Source: Candidatus Omnitrophota bacterium
GTDB taxonomy: Bacteria > Omnitrophota > Gorgyraeia > Duberdicusellales > Duberdicusellaceae
Length of the DNA: 64,000 nucleotides
Assembly: GCA_016932855.1 (NCBI GenBank)
Contig: JAFGCB010000029.1
Span: forward strand, 2,547 to 66,546
Direction of reading: 5' to 3'
In this document: in pieces, positions 37,206 to 46,470 of the stretch
How the letters are laid out: each line of letters starts with the position of its first letter
Position numbering within the stretch: the first letter of the stretch is position 1
Notes under the pieces: model-generated
What the model saw: the letters and a program-made list of their open reading frames with translations, nothing else
What the model was told of the DNA's origin: nothing
The model's database searches: none
Translations under genes and position numbers: made by a program

Positions 37206-37715
37206 CTATTTTAACTTAGATTCCATGACCTTAATGTCTTCTTTTATTGCTTCAAGGTCTTCTTCGTGTTCGATTTCGTCTTCAAGGATTTTTAAGGCCA
37301 TATCATAGGTTACCGGGTCTTTTCCCTGGGTGTAATCCATTATTTTCTTATACTGGGTAATCGCGCACTGCTCCCCTTTTATATTCTGTTCAAGTAAGAC
37401 CCTTACATCAGGGTCATCCGGACGGTCATAACCGCAATTTGTTTGAGCTATCCACTCTTTTGGTTCCAGGAGAGGTTTTCCTCCCAGCTGGATAATCCGG
37501 TCAGCAACCATTCCTGCATGGCGCAGTTCATCAGCTGAGTGCTGGGTAAGCTCTGCTACTACTGCTTCTTTGGGCATTCCTACTGCGACTTTTGCTCCAA
37601 TCCAGTACTGGTAATAAGCCAGCCATTCATCAGCAAAAGCTTTATTGAGCATTTTGATTAATTCATTTACCTTTACCCCGAATGACTCCAGGATTTCTCT
37701 TCCCCTTGTCCCCAT
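37206..37715 (-). CDS. bfr: Bacterioferritin (ferritin-like di-iron protein).
   Basis: LNKAFADEWLAYYQYW...ELRHAGMVADRIIQLGG...ILEDEIEHEEDL aligns with Bfr ligand helices. Confidence 0.7.
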   Translation of the reverse strand: MGTRGREILESFGVKVNELIKMLNKAFADEWLAYYQYWIGAKVAVGMPKEAVVAELTQHSADELRHAGMVADRIIQLGGKPLLEPKEWIAQTNCGYDRPDDPDVRVLLEQNIKGEQCAITQYKKIMDYTQGKDPVTYDMALKILEDEIEHEEDLEAIKEDIKVMESKLK

Positions 37716-37880
37716 GATTAATCCCCCTTTCTTGCTTTGCTATGCTTGGGTTTGTAAGCGACAATTCTATCTCTTAAAAATCTATTTTGCAAGTAATAAA
37801 TAGCATTAATTTGCCGGCATTGAATGTCACTAAGTTACTGCAGATCTCAAGTAATACAGGCCATAGACTTTTTCTGATCT

Positions 37881-37968
37881 TCGATTCTCGATTTTCGGGT
37901 GTAGCGTATCGGGTATGGGGTGTCGGGAGGATAAATACGACACCCGATGCGCGATGCCCGATGCCCGA
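37881..37968. repeat. Nested inverted-repeat array (TCGGGT-type x3 / ACCCGA-type x3) forming a long imperfect hairpin with a perfect 8-bp core stem.
   Basis: tcgattctcgattttcgggtgtagcgtatcgggtatggggtgtcg-ggaggataaata-cgacacccgatgcgcgatgcccgatgcccga. Lies between the ZIP-like gene 3' end and the bfr promoter region. No flanking T-run. Confidence 0.5.
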
Positions 37969-37999
37969 AAAAATAGGATTTAGTAGTATATAAAGCCTA

Positions 38000-39271
38000 T
38001 CAGGATATGGATTTTACAAAAAGAGCGGTTAAAAAACCGGCTAAGGTTGACAGGCCCACCACAGCCCCGCCTTGTTCGAATGCTTCAGGAAGCATTGTTT
38101 CGGCAATCATTACAAGCATTGCCCCGGCTGCCATGCCTTCCAGTATTGCAATGCCGTTTAGGTGAAGATTCTGCAAGAATATGTTTCCGATAAAAGCTCC
38201 CAGGGCAGTCATAAGAGTTATAGAGCTCCACATCAAAAGAATCTTAAGCCCTGTATATTTTTGGTTTTTCATGATTACCGAGCTGGACATAGCTTCCGGA
38301 AGATTTGCCAGAAAAACTCCGGCTATAAGAGCCCAGGGAATAACCGTTTCCTTAGTAGCTATACCGATTACCAGGGATTCGGGTATTCCGTCTAAAAGTA
38401 TGCCTAACCAGATCCCTATGCCGGCCTGGCCGCCGGCTTTGGCAGCGTTTTCGATTTCAAGGCTGGTAGGAGTAAGATCCTGGCTTTTCAAAGAAGAGAC
38501 AGCTTCCTCTTTCCATTGCCTGGCTAGCTCCTTCGGTACAACTGATCTTTTACCAAGTTCGTCCCCTCTTTTGATAAGTAAATTTTCAAAGGATTTTTTA
38601 AGCTCCGGCGAGGCTTTAAGAAGTGCATTAAAATCGTTTTTAGAAATAAGAAAAAGAGTAGATTTTTTTGTGGCAATTGCCCGGGCGGTTCTGGGAGCGT
38701 TAGTTAAGAGGGCCATTTCTCCGAAAGTATCACCGCTGGTCCCTCTTGCTATGGATTTACCTTCTTTGAAAATTTCTACCTGGCCTTGGTCAATAATGTA
38801 AAGTGCTTCGGCCGGCGAATTTTCTTTAAAAATAAGCTCATTTTCCTCGAATACCCGTTCCTCAACAAGGGTAGCGAGCTTGGCAATATTTCTTGCCGGT
38901 AAAGCCTGTAATACAGGCACCTCGGCAAGGCGTTGAAGTATTTTCTCCGCTTTTTTTAGTTTCATTCTGGTGAGTTGCCGGATAACTGTCGCTCCTTTAC
39001 GAAAAAAGGCTCCCATGGAATTAAGCCCGTGATTTAGGAGCTCATAAAGTATGCCGCCGAGCAAGCACCCCAGGGCTAAAGGCATAAAGCCCACCAGATG
39101 AAAGGAGTGGGCAACGATTTCTATGGTAAGGGCAAAAAGCAGCGCTCCACCTCCAAAAGCCATAAAAGCCGAGGTGATTTTTGCATTTGGCTTAGCCGCC
39201 AGCCCTATAGCCGAACCTATAGGAAGGGAAACCGCGGAGAGAAAACCTACAAATAAAGCAATCAGGCTCAT
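38000..39271 (-). CDS. ZIP (ZupT-like) family metal transporter with a cyclic-nucleotide-binding domain inserted in the central cytoplasmic loop.
   Basis: TM regions with ZIP-like LLDGIPESLVIGIA, FLANLPEAM and C-terminal MLPEAFEQGGAVVGL. The insert has a cNMP-binding fold (FKENSPAEALYIIDQGQVEI...FGEMALLTNAPRTARAIA). Confidence 0.6.
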   Translation of the reverse strand: MSLIALFVGFLSAVSLPIGSAIGLAAKPNAKITSAFMAFGGGALLFALTIEIVAHSFHLVGFMPLALGCLLGGILYELLNHGLNSMGAFFRKGATVIRQLTRMKLKKAEKILQRLAEVPVLQALPARNIAKLATLVEERVFEENELIFKENSPAEALYIIDQGQVEIFKEGKSIARGTSGDTFGEMALLTNAPRTARAIATKKSTLFLISKNDFNALLKASPELKKSFENLLIKRGDELGKRSVVPKELARQWKEEAVSSLKSQDLTPTSLEIENAAKAGGQAGIGIWLGILLDGIPESLVIGIATKETVIPWALIAGVFLANLPEAMSSSVIMKNQKYTGLKILLMWSSITLMTALGAFIGNIFLQNLHLNGIAILEGMAAGAMLVMIAETMLPEAFEQGGAVVGLSTLAGFLTALFVKSIS

Positions 39272-39284
39272 ACCAACTCCTTTA

Positions 39285-39860
39285 TTATTTATTTTTGTAT
39301 TTAAGCCCTATATTCCAGGCTTTTGCTAAATGTTCTCCGACTTTGAAGTAGTTGTTGTCGTGCATTGAAAATAGAATTGGTTTAAGCTTTTGTATTTCGG
39401 GTAAGCCCTGGCTTAGGATTTGTTTTTGAGCGTAAGTTTGGATAATTTGTCCTATGAAAATTTCGGCATTACCGCTAAAATTTAAGGTCTCTACTAATTT
39501 GCACTCAAGGTTTAGGGGTGTTTCTTCTATCATCGGCGCTGTCTTTAGTTCGCCGTAGAATACCTTGAATAACTTTGATTTGTCGACTAACTTTCCGGAT
39601 TTTATCCCCACATAATCGGTAAGTTCCAGTAAATCTTCCGAGGGGATATTTACGCTGAATGTCCGGTTTTTCTTTATTCCGGAGTTGGTGTAATGCATTT
39701 TACCTAAGCCTATAGCAATCAGCGGCGGTGCATGCTGGACTATTCCGCAGTAGGCTATGGCAAGAAAGTTTGGTTTTTCGTTTACGTTGGCGCCTACTAT
39801 TGTAGTCGGCATCGGGTAAAGATAAGTGCCCGGGCCGATTTTTTTCTTATTTTCCTGCAT
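39285..39860 (-). CDS. Flavin reductase-like FMN-binding split-barrel protein.
   Basis: YLYPMPTTIVGANVNEKPNFLAIAYCG matches the flavin reductase domain. Confidence 0.6.
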   Translation of the reverse strand: MQENKKKIGPGTYLYPMPTTIVGANVNEKPNFLAIAYCGIVQHAPPLIAIGLGKMHYTNSGIKKNRTFSVNIPSEDLLELTDYVGIKSGKLVDKSKLFKVFYGELKTAPMIEETPLNLECKLVETLNFSGNAEIFIGQIIQTYAQKQILSQGLPEIQKLKPILFSMHDNNYFKVGEHLAKAWNIGLKYKNK

Positions 39861-39870
39861 TGGGTCGAGC

Positions 39871-40371
39871 TTACCAGTTTTCGTAATGGATGCGTTGCTG
39901 GTTATAGCGGCTTACGGGTTTCATCTCCTGGGCCGGGTGGCCGACCGGGATTATGGAAAAAGGAATGATATTTTCGGGTAGTTTAAATTGTTCTTTTATA
40001 TATTCAATTCTTTCTTTAAGCGGATAGACGCCTAACCAGACAGCGCCCAGGTTAAGTTCGGTTACCTCAAGCAGGATATTCTCGCTTGCCGCAGAGCAGT
40101 CTTGAACCCAGTAGCCCTGATGTTTATCAAGATTTAAATCCCCGCAGACTACAATAGCGCAGGGAGCGTCTTTTACCATTTTCGCGTAAGGGCTGGATTC
40201 GGCTAATTTTTGAAGGCCCCCTTTGTTTTTAATAACAATAAAATGCCAGGGCTGTTCGTTTCCGGCTGAAGGAGCGTTCATAGCGGCTTCTAAGATCTTT
40301 TTTATCAAATCATTACTTACCTCATCGCTTTTATACCTTCGTATACTTCTTCTTTTAAGGATCGCGTCCAC
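39871..40371 (-). CDS. Nitroreductase-family oxidoreductase.
   Basis: RRSIRRYKSDEVSNDLIKKILEAAMNAPSAGNEQPWHFIVI matches the nitroreductase N-terminal signature. Confidence 0.75.
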   Translation of the reverse strand: MDAILKRRSIRRYKSDEVSNDLIKKILEAAMNAPSAGNEQPWHFIVIKNKGGLQKLAESSPYAKMVKDAPCAIVVCGDLNLDKHQGYWVQDCSAASENILLEVTELNLGAVWLGVYPLKERIEYIKEQFKLPENIIPFSIIPVGHPAQEMKPVSRYNQQRIHYENW

Positions 40372-40554
40372 AGTTTACCTCCTCTTTTATGCTCACGAGA
40401 TTGTTGTGTATATTTTACAGTTTTTTAAACTGAATTCAAGCTGATTTACAGAGAGAATTTATCTTTAGCTTGGAATTTGGTAAATTAACCTTGAATTTAC
40501 TGGGGCTTAGGTTAAAATGTTTAACTACATACATTAAATACGGGAAATAAAGAT

Positions 40555-41283
40555 ATGTTTATTTTTATACGCTTATTTCTGGCTCATTTAGTAGGAGATT
40601 TTATTCTTCAATTCGATAATATTTACAGGCTTAAATACCGGGGTCTTACAGGGGTTATTCCTCATGTTTTGCTAATTATGGCCAGCATGGCTGTCTTTTC
40701 CTGGCCTTACCTTGTCCAACCCGGCCTTTGGATTTTTTTAGGTTTTATCGGGATTAGCCACCTTATTCAGGACTGGGTAAAGGCAAACCATATAAATATA
40801 AAAGACAATTTCTGGATTTATTTCCTCGACCAAGTTCTGCATGTCATAGCAATAAGCGTGGTTTTCTTGACCGGTCTTAAGGCTCTTAAGCCGCCCTCTT
40901 ATAATAATATTATAGTTTTGCTCTATAATAACGACTCTCTTTTCATATACGCTATTGCCGCAATTCTGGCCAGCTACAACGGGTTTTATATGGTTACCAA
41001 TTTCAAGAAAAGTTATCTTTCAGTGCAGTGCGCTTGTACGCCATTTGAAAAATGGTACGGTATCCTGGAGAGGTTTTTGATAGTTTCCTTGTTTTTTCTT
41101 GGCGGGGCTTACTTATTTTTTCTTTTAGTACTGGCGGTTTTTAGGCCCATAGCTTTTTCTCTTTTTAGAAAGAAGACGGCAATTGATGGGCGCTTTACAT
41201 CCTTTCGGGAGTTCGTTTTAAGCTGGTCAATCGCTCTTACTATAGGTACGATTCTTCGCTTAACCCTTAATTATCTTACCTAA
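40555..41283 (+). CDS. DUF3307-family membrane protein.
   Basis: N-terminal LAHLVGDFILQ motif. Polytopic. Confidence 0.5.
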   Translation: MFIFIRLFLAHLVGDFILQFDNIYRLKYRGLTGVIPHVLLIMASMAVFSWPYLVQPGLWIFLGFIGISHLIQDWVKANHINIKDNFWIYFLDQVLHVIAISVVFLTGLKALKPPSYNNIIVLLYNNDSLFIYAIAAILASYNGFYMVTNFKKSYLSVQCACTPFEKWYGILERFLIVSLFFLGGAYLFFLLVLAVFRPIAFSLFRKKTAIDGRFTSFREFVLSWSIALTIGTILRLTLNYLT

Positions 41284-41290
41284 AGTCTTA

Positions 41291-43558
41291 TTATTCTAAG
41301 CCGACTGCTTTATATATAGAAATTGGTTCTGTCTTGCCTTTTACTGAAATAGGCTCAAGTTTTTCGACTTTTACTTCGTCTTTAACCTGTTCGTAGGTAG
41401 AGTTGCTTATAATAATTTCGTTCTTTGCCGCGGCTGAACATAGCCTGGCTGCAAGGTTTACGTTATCCCCTATTACAGTATAATCCATCCGTTTTGAGGA
41501 GCCCATATTTCCTACAACAACATCACCGCTGTTTATGCCGATTCCTATCTGCAGGGGAGTTTTACCTTCTTCTATCCACTTGACTTGAAGTTTTTTTAGT
41601 TCCTCTTGCATTTCAATAGCTGTACGCACGGCCATAACCGCGTGATTTCTGATGTGCAGTTCGCTGGGGGCTCCCCAGAAAGCCATAAGTTCGTCTCCCA
41701 CAAATTTATCTAAGGTTCCGTTGTATTTAAAGACTACGTTTACCAGATTGTCAAGAATTTCATTGAGCATTGCTACGACTTCCTCCGGCTGATGGGATTC
41801 GGAAAAGCTGGTAAATCCTCTTACATCGGCGAAGAGAATGCTTAAGCTGCGTTTTTGCCCGCCTAATTTAAGCTTGGAGGGGTCGTTTATTAATTCATTT
41901 ATTACTTCCTGGGAAAGGTAGAAGCTGAAGGCTTGCTTTATCCAGAGTTTTTCTCTTTCTTCGGTAAAATAGCGAAAACCTATAATTCCGGAGAATCCGA
42001 AAATAACTATTCCTAAAGGTCCGACCAAATCTACCCAGAGCCCCAGTTTAGCAAAGGCCAGAAGAATCGACAGAAAATAACCACCGGCGTAAAAAATCGA
42101 GAGAATCAGGCTCCTCCATAGCCCCAGTAAAGCGCAGAGGCCGATAATCAGGGCAGTAAGAAAAAAAACAGCAGTATTTAAAAAGAAAGGAGCTTTAAAG
42201 AGGAATTTTTCAGTGAGGATTGTATTAATTAAGTTTGAGTGGGTCCCGACCATGGGGTAGCCGGTCTGCAGCGGAATAGGCGCTAAATCCTGGGTTCCGG
42301 TTGCGGTAAGGCCGACGATGCACACTTTGTCTTTTACCATTCCTGTAAGTTTCTCTTTTAGCTTGAGCTCTGAGTTTTTGAGGTAGTTAATTTCGGATTG
42401 GTTTAGGCCGGATTTTTCTTTTTCGCCGGCTATATAGGAGGATAATCGAGCCCTTATATCGTTAAGCTGTATTATAGAAGCGTAAGGCAGGTGCTTGAAG
42501 CAATCGCCCCAGCGGCCGGACCAGTTTACAAGCATGCAGCCCTGGCTGTCTACCGGTATTGCTATATCTTTAATCCCGGAATCCAAGCTTGCTTTCTTAA
42601 GCACCACTCTATCAGGTTTAAAGTCTACTTTCTCCACAGCCAATAGGTCCATAAGGGCTGAAATTGAAAGCTGGGGCAGTATGCTTTCTTGCTGCTTTAC
42701 AAAGAGGGGCACTCTGCGCATGACTCCGTCCAGGTCAGCGTCAGCGTTAACAAACCCGCTTCCAGCCAGAACGTTTGCGTATTTTTCGATAGGAGGAACA
42801 AGGCGGTCGTATCGTTTTGTGTAGGGCCAGGAGTCAGAGGAATATTTTTTTGCGAATTTTTTAATAAAAGACAAGGCTAGTTTATAGCTTTGGATATTTT
42901 CTCTTACATAGCTTTCTTCCTCGGCAAATAGGTACCAGTTTTTTTCCTCTTCTAGGCTGGTTAGAAGTTCTTCCAGGGATATATTAGGCTTTTCGAAAAC
43001 CGCTTCTTCTATGGCTTTATCCATGAGGTAGTGTTTTGTTGCAAGGAATTTTTCTTCAAGTACCCGGGGGCTTACCTTAAGAGAGCTTGCTGCCTCTTCC
43101 AGGGACATGGTGATATCATTTTTTAAGAGCATTTCCAGTTCTTTAAAAGATTGAGTTTGTCTTTCGGCAAAGTAAAAAGCAAGATAAGTTTTTTCTGAAT
43201 TTGATATTGCTTCTTTAAAAAGTTCATCGTCCTGGATTTTTTCGCTTAACGTTTCGGTAAAAAGAATATCCATAATAATCTGTTTGGCCCCGCATTCAGT
43301 AAGAATATTAACTAAATCGGCATGGTATCTTCGCGGCCAGGGCCATCTGCCGAGTTTTGCAAGGCTGACATCATCTATATCAATATGGATTAGGGGCGTT
43401 TTTGGTTTATTCCGGGGGCTTAAGGTAAAGCGTAAATCAAGGGCTTTAAGTTCAAGAATTTGGTAGGTTTTCGTAGGGCAAAGCAAAAGGAAGATAATAC
43501 TTAAGAGGAAGGTTATGGTCCAGCCGACAATTAATTTTTTCAGATTTTTTTTCTGCAC
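41291..43558 (-). CDS. CHASE2 sensor domain - class III adenylate/guanylate cyclase.
   Basis: N-terminal TM + CHASE2 region, multi-TM segment, C-terminal cyclase core LSILFADVRGFTSFSE...KFVGDELMAFWGAP...GDVVVGNMGS. Confidence 0.8.
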   Translation of the reverse strand: MQKKNLKKLIVGWTITFLLSIIFLLLCPTKTYQILELKALDLRFTLSPRNKPKTPLIHIDIDDVSLAKLGRWPWPRRYHADLVNILTECGAKQIIMDILFTETLSEKIQDDELFKEAISNSEKTYLAFYFAERQTQSFKELEMLLKNDITMSLEEAASSLKVSPRVLEEKFLATKHYLMDKAIEEAVFEKPNISLEELLTSLEEEKNWYLFAEEESYVRENIQSYKLALSFIKKFAKKYSSDSWPYTKRYDRLVPPIEKYANVLAGSGFVNADADLDGVMRRVPLFVKQQESILPQLSISALMDLLAVEKVDFKPDRVVLKKASLDSGIKDIAIPVDSQGCMLVNWSGRWGDCFKHLPYASIIQLNDIRARLSSYIAGEKEKSGLNQSEINYLKNSELKLKEKLTGMVKDKVCIVGLTATGTQDLAPIPLQTGYPMVGTHSNLINTILTEKFLFKAPFFLNTAVFFLTALIIGLCALLGLWRSLILSIFYAGGYFLSILLAFAKLGLWVDLVGPLGIVIFGFSGIIGFRYFTEEREKLWIKQAFSFYLSQEVINELINDPSKLKLGGQKRSLSILFADVRGFTSFSESHQPEEVVAMLNEILDNLVNVVFKYNGTLDKFVGDELMAFWGAPSELHIRNHAVMAVRTAIEMQEELKKLQVKWIEEGKTPLQIGIGINSGDVVVGNMGSSKRMDYTVIGDNVNLAARLCSAAAKNEIIISNSTYEQVKDEVKVEKLEPISVKGKTEPISIYKAVGLE

Positions 43559-43711
43559 AATCTTGCGAAGGTGATTTTATTATTGAGTCTGAGTCTGCTT
43601 AGGGTTGTAAGCAAATAGCACCGCGTTGATCAGAAAAAAATAAAATGAGGAAATAATCTCTGTAAACGCTCTTATGTTTTTAGCTTTAGAGAAGACTTTT
43701 TAAGGCCCCGG

Positions 43712-44713
43712 CTAGAAGGTGTAATAGGCGCTCAAGGAACACATTGAGCCGGAATATCTTGCCAGGGGTTCGTTTGACCAATTTTGCCGATAGGAGTAGT
43801 TCAATCCGATGGTAAAATTTTCGGTCAGGTTGTAATAGAGCCCGGCAGAGCCTGTATAGGTTCTGTCCCATTCTGCGCTTCCCGGATCCAGAGCCAGAGT
43901 ACGGTCGCAGTAACTGCGGAATCTTCTTGAAAAAGATAAATAGCCAAACAAATCTTCGCTGAAAAGGTGGGTTAAGGATGCGGTTGTGTTGTAGTTATGG
44001 TAGTCATAGAAGTGTACGAAAAGGTCATTAGAATTATTATAGTAATATTCAAAAGTAAGTTTTAATAAATCGTTGGTGAAGAATTTTCCTAGTTCATAAG
44101 TGGCGGTTTGCCTTAAGTCTTCCCGGACGTCGTCGGCGAGAGCGCCGAAGAAATCCCTTGCTTTTCTTTCTTCATAAAACCTGAACATAAGCTCATATCC
44201 CAAGCTGTGGTAGAAATTGTCGGGAAGGTCATGTTTGCATTTAAACTCAATACTGTGATCATAAAAATCATCAATATCGGTATCGAAGTAGCTGGTTATC
44301 CCAAAGCGGTAATTGGTCATAAAGGCTACATCTTCTTTCATGTCAACTTCCAGCCCTGCCCGTATTTCATTACGCATTAGGCTAAGTTCATCAGCATCGT
44401 AATAGTGAAAATTCATAATTTGGTGTTCAAGTATCCCGTCGGTTTTTTTATTTATAGCAGTGGTAAGCCGGCTTCTTAGGAAGACTTGGGTAAAGCCGTC
44501 TCTTTTACGTTCAGGATTAAGCCGGGCGTTGTTGTCGTATCCTTGAGTAAGGCCAAGGGTAAAATCATAGTCGCCCTCGGTAAAGAAGAGACCGATTTTA
44601 TCAAAGTAGTAGGGAGTATCGGAATAGGCCGGGACATCCCTTTCTTTAGCGAAACAGGAAAAGCAGAATAAGAACATAAGGAAAACCACGAAAAAACTCT
44701 TAAATTTGTTCAT
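43712..44713 (-). CDS. Outer-membrane beta-barrel protein of unknown function.
   Basis: Start revised to ATG 44713 (AAGGAGG at -6; MNKFKSFFVVFLMFLFCFSCFA signal). Alternating amphipathic strands. C-terminal ...SAYYTF. Confidence 0.5.
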   Translation of the reverse strand: MNKFKSFFVVFLMFLFCFSCFAKERDVPAYSDTPYYFDKIGLFFTEGDYDFTLGLTQGYDNNARLNPERKRDGFTQVFLRSRLTTAINKKTDGILEHQIMNFHYYDADELSLMRNEIRAGLEVDMKEDVAFMTNYRFGITSYFDTDIDDFYDHSIEFKCKHDLPDNFYHSLGYELMFRFYEERKARDFFGALADDVREDLRQTATYELGKFFTNDLLKLTFEYYYNNSNDLFVHFYDYHNYNTTASLTHLFSEDLFGYLSFSRRFRSYCDRTLALDPGSAEWDRTYTGSAGLYYNLTENFTIGLNYSYRQNWSNEPLARYSGSMCSLSAYYTF

Positions 44714-44808
44714 TATGCCTCCTTGTATATTGTAGCACAAGACCTTTTTTAGTCTTTTTAGCACTACCGTACTTAAAATCTAAAGAATTTCAAAAGATTC
44801 TAACTTAC

Positions 44809-45597
44809 CTAAGGCATGCTGTCGGTGCAGCCAATCGACTCTTCTTGCTTTAGCTCGTCAGTTAAGTCTTTAATCTCGTCAAGATCCTTTATTTTTTCCT
44901 GTACGTCATTTGCCTTTTTGAATTTATCGGACCGGCCGGCTTTCTTATCTTTTCTTGGTTTCTGTTTGGTCCGTTCGGTTACTTCTTCTTTAACGTCATT
45001 CCAGCGGTTCATTTCTCTATCGGTAAGGCCCATTAGTTCGCTGGGCCGTTTAAAGCGTTCAATCATAGTCTTGAATCCTTCATTGAGAATAATTTCTGTT
45101 ATGAGGTTTTTAGCTTCATCAAAAGCTTTTACAAAGACAGAATCTTCATAGCAGGCTACTTCATCTTGGTTTTCCTGGCTGTCTACGCTCCAGCCTGTTC
45201 CTCTGACTCCGGCTACCGCGCTGGGCGTGGAAACTTCGAAAGTAAGGCCTGATTGCACGGTCGCTATATCGGCGTAGATTTTACCGTGCGAAAGATCGAG
45301 CCGGTTAATCTGGCCCGGGGAGGTAGAATCAAGAAGGAGAAGTGTTTTTTCCTCTAGCCGGATAAGGTTTCTTTTGCCGTCGTCAACAGCGATGTCGGCT
45401 TTTGAATTTCTGGCTGTTCGTACGCTGTCCCCGATATCAAGAGGCATGCCGGTTTTTGCTCTTTTCCACACACCTTCTTTAGAATATTGCAGTTCGACAT
45501 TTCCCTTAGTGTAGACGATTTCGGCTGCTTTTAATGTGGCAATAAAGAAAAGCCCGATAAAAAGCACCATTAGAAGGACTAGAAAACTTTTTTTCAT
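44809..45597 (-). CDS. Periplasmic FecR-domain protein with a charged C-terminal tail.
   Basis: Signal peptide. KGNVELQ...WKRAKTGMPLDIGDSVRTARNSKADIAVDDG matches the FecR domain. Confidence 0.55.
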   Translation of the reverse strand: MKKSFLVLLMVLFIGLFFIATLKAAEIVYTKGNVELQYSKEGVWKRAKTGMPLDIGDSVRTARNSKADIAVDDGKRNLIRLEEKTLLLLDSTSPGQINRLDLSHGKIYADIATVQSGLTFEVSTPSAVAGVRGTGWSVDSQENQDEVACYEDSVFVKAFDEAKNLITEIILNEGFKTMIERFKRPSELMGLTDREMNRWNDVKEEVTERTKQKPRKDKKAGRSDKFKKANDVQEKIKDLDEIKDLTDELKQEESIGCTDSMP

Positions 45598-45746
45598 GAT
45601 TCTGTCTCCTTTTTTGCTATGCCGAATTTAAATATTATACCCTGTCCAGGTTTGGGTATGTACTAAGTCTATGATATAAAACAAGTTTTTGTCTGTCAAC
45701 AAAAAAAACCAAAAAATATGAAGGTTTTTTAAACCTCCGGATGCGT

Positions 45747-46421
45747 TCAGTCTTTATTATTGATTTTAGACGAAAAGTAATTGATAAAAAGAAGGATAAA
45801 TAATATAAAAATAATCAGCTGAAATATTACTACCACTTGGCCCAGGCCGGGCTTGGGGTAATATTCACCGAATCCCAGAGTAGTGTTGGTGACAAAGCTG
45901 AAATATACGACCGAAAGCGCAGGCAGTTTTTCATTTAAAAGGTCAAGGCCTAAATAGATGATTGAAAAATCCAAAACCACCTCGATATAATTTAGAAAAA
46001 GAAATAGTAACGAGCGCCTGTATGATAGGGTAGCCGGATAGACGTCAGACAAAAATATTAAACTTAAGATATTAAATATCGTTTCACTCAGCAAATAGAC
46101 GATAAGGATGATTGCGACAGGGTAGCGGTACAGGCCTGACGCGATTACAAAAACCGGCAAAAATAATTTAAGTATAATGTAAAATTCGACAGAAAGTTTT
46201 CTTGCAAGGCTTGAGAACTTGCCGGATATGTTTTTTACCAGCAGAGTCGGGTAGATAAAGTGGATGAGGCACAAAAATATGCGAAATATTCTCTCAAGGC
46301 CGTAGGTTTTGTCGTTCCAAATTTCTTTTAAGGAGCGCAACTGCTGAGTATAGGCGTTTATAGTTTTTTCGTTGCTTAGGGCCTCATATGATACGATTAT
46401 TTTTTTAAAGAATTTAAGCAT
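45747..46421 (-). CDS. Ion-channel family membrane protein (2TM pore-loop type) with an atypical TLGFGE selectivity filter.
   Basis: YFSFVTNTTLGFGEYYPKPGLGQVVVIFQLIIFILF parallels the K+-channel pore helix/filter (TVGYGD) and inner helix. N-terminal extension with extra TMs. Confidence 0.5.
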   Translation of the reverse strand: MLKFFKKIIVSYEALSNEKTINAYTQQLRSLKEIWNDKTYGLERIFRIFLCLIHFIYPTLLVKNISGKFSSLARKLSVEFYIILKLFLPVFVIASGLYRYPVAIILIVYLLSETIFNILSLIFLSDVYPATLSYRRSLLFLFLNYIEVVLDFSIIYLGLDLLNEKLPALSVVYFSFVTNTTLGFGEYYPKPGLGQVVVIFQLIIFILFILLFINYFSSKINNKD

Positions 46422-46470
46422 TTTTCCCCCCGCTGTTTACGATCTTTAGAAATCAGCGATTATTGCGTCT

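Noticed and set aside
38162-38801. Plus-strand ORFs 38162..38395 and 38181..38801 (206 aa)
   Set aside because: They are antisense to the ZIP-cNMP transporter gene, which has coherent TM and domain content.
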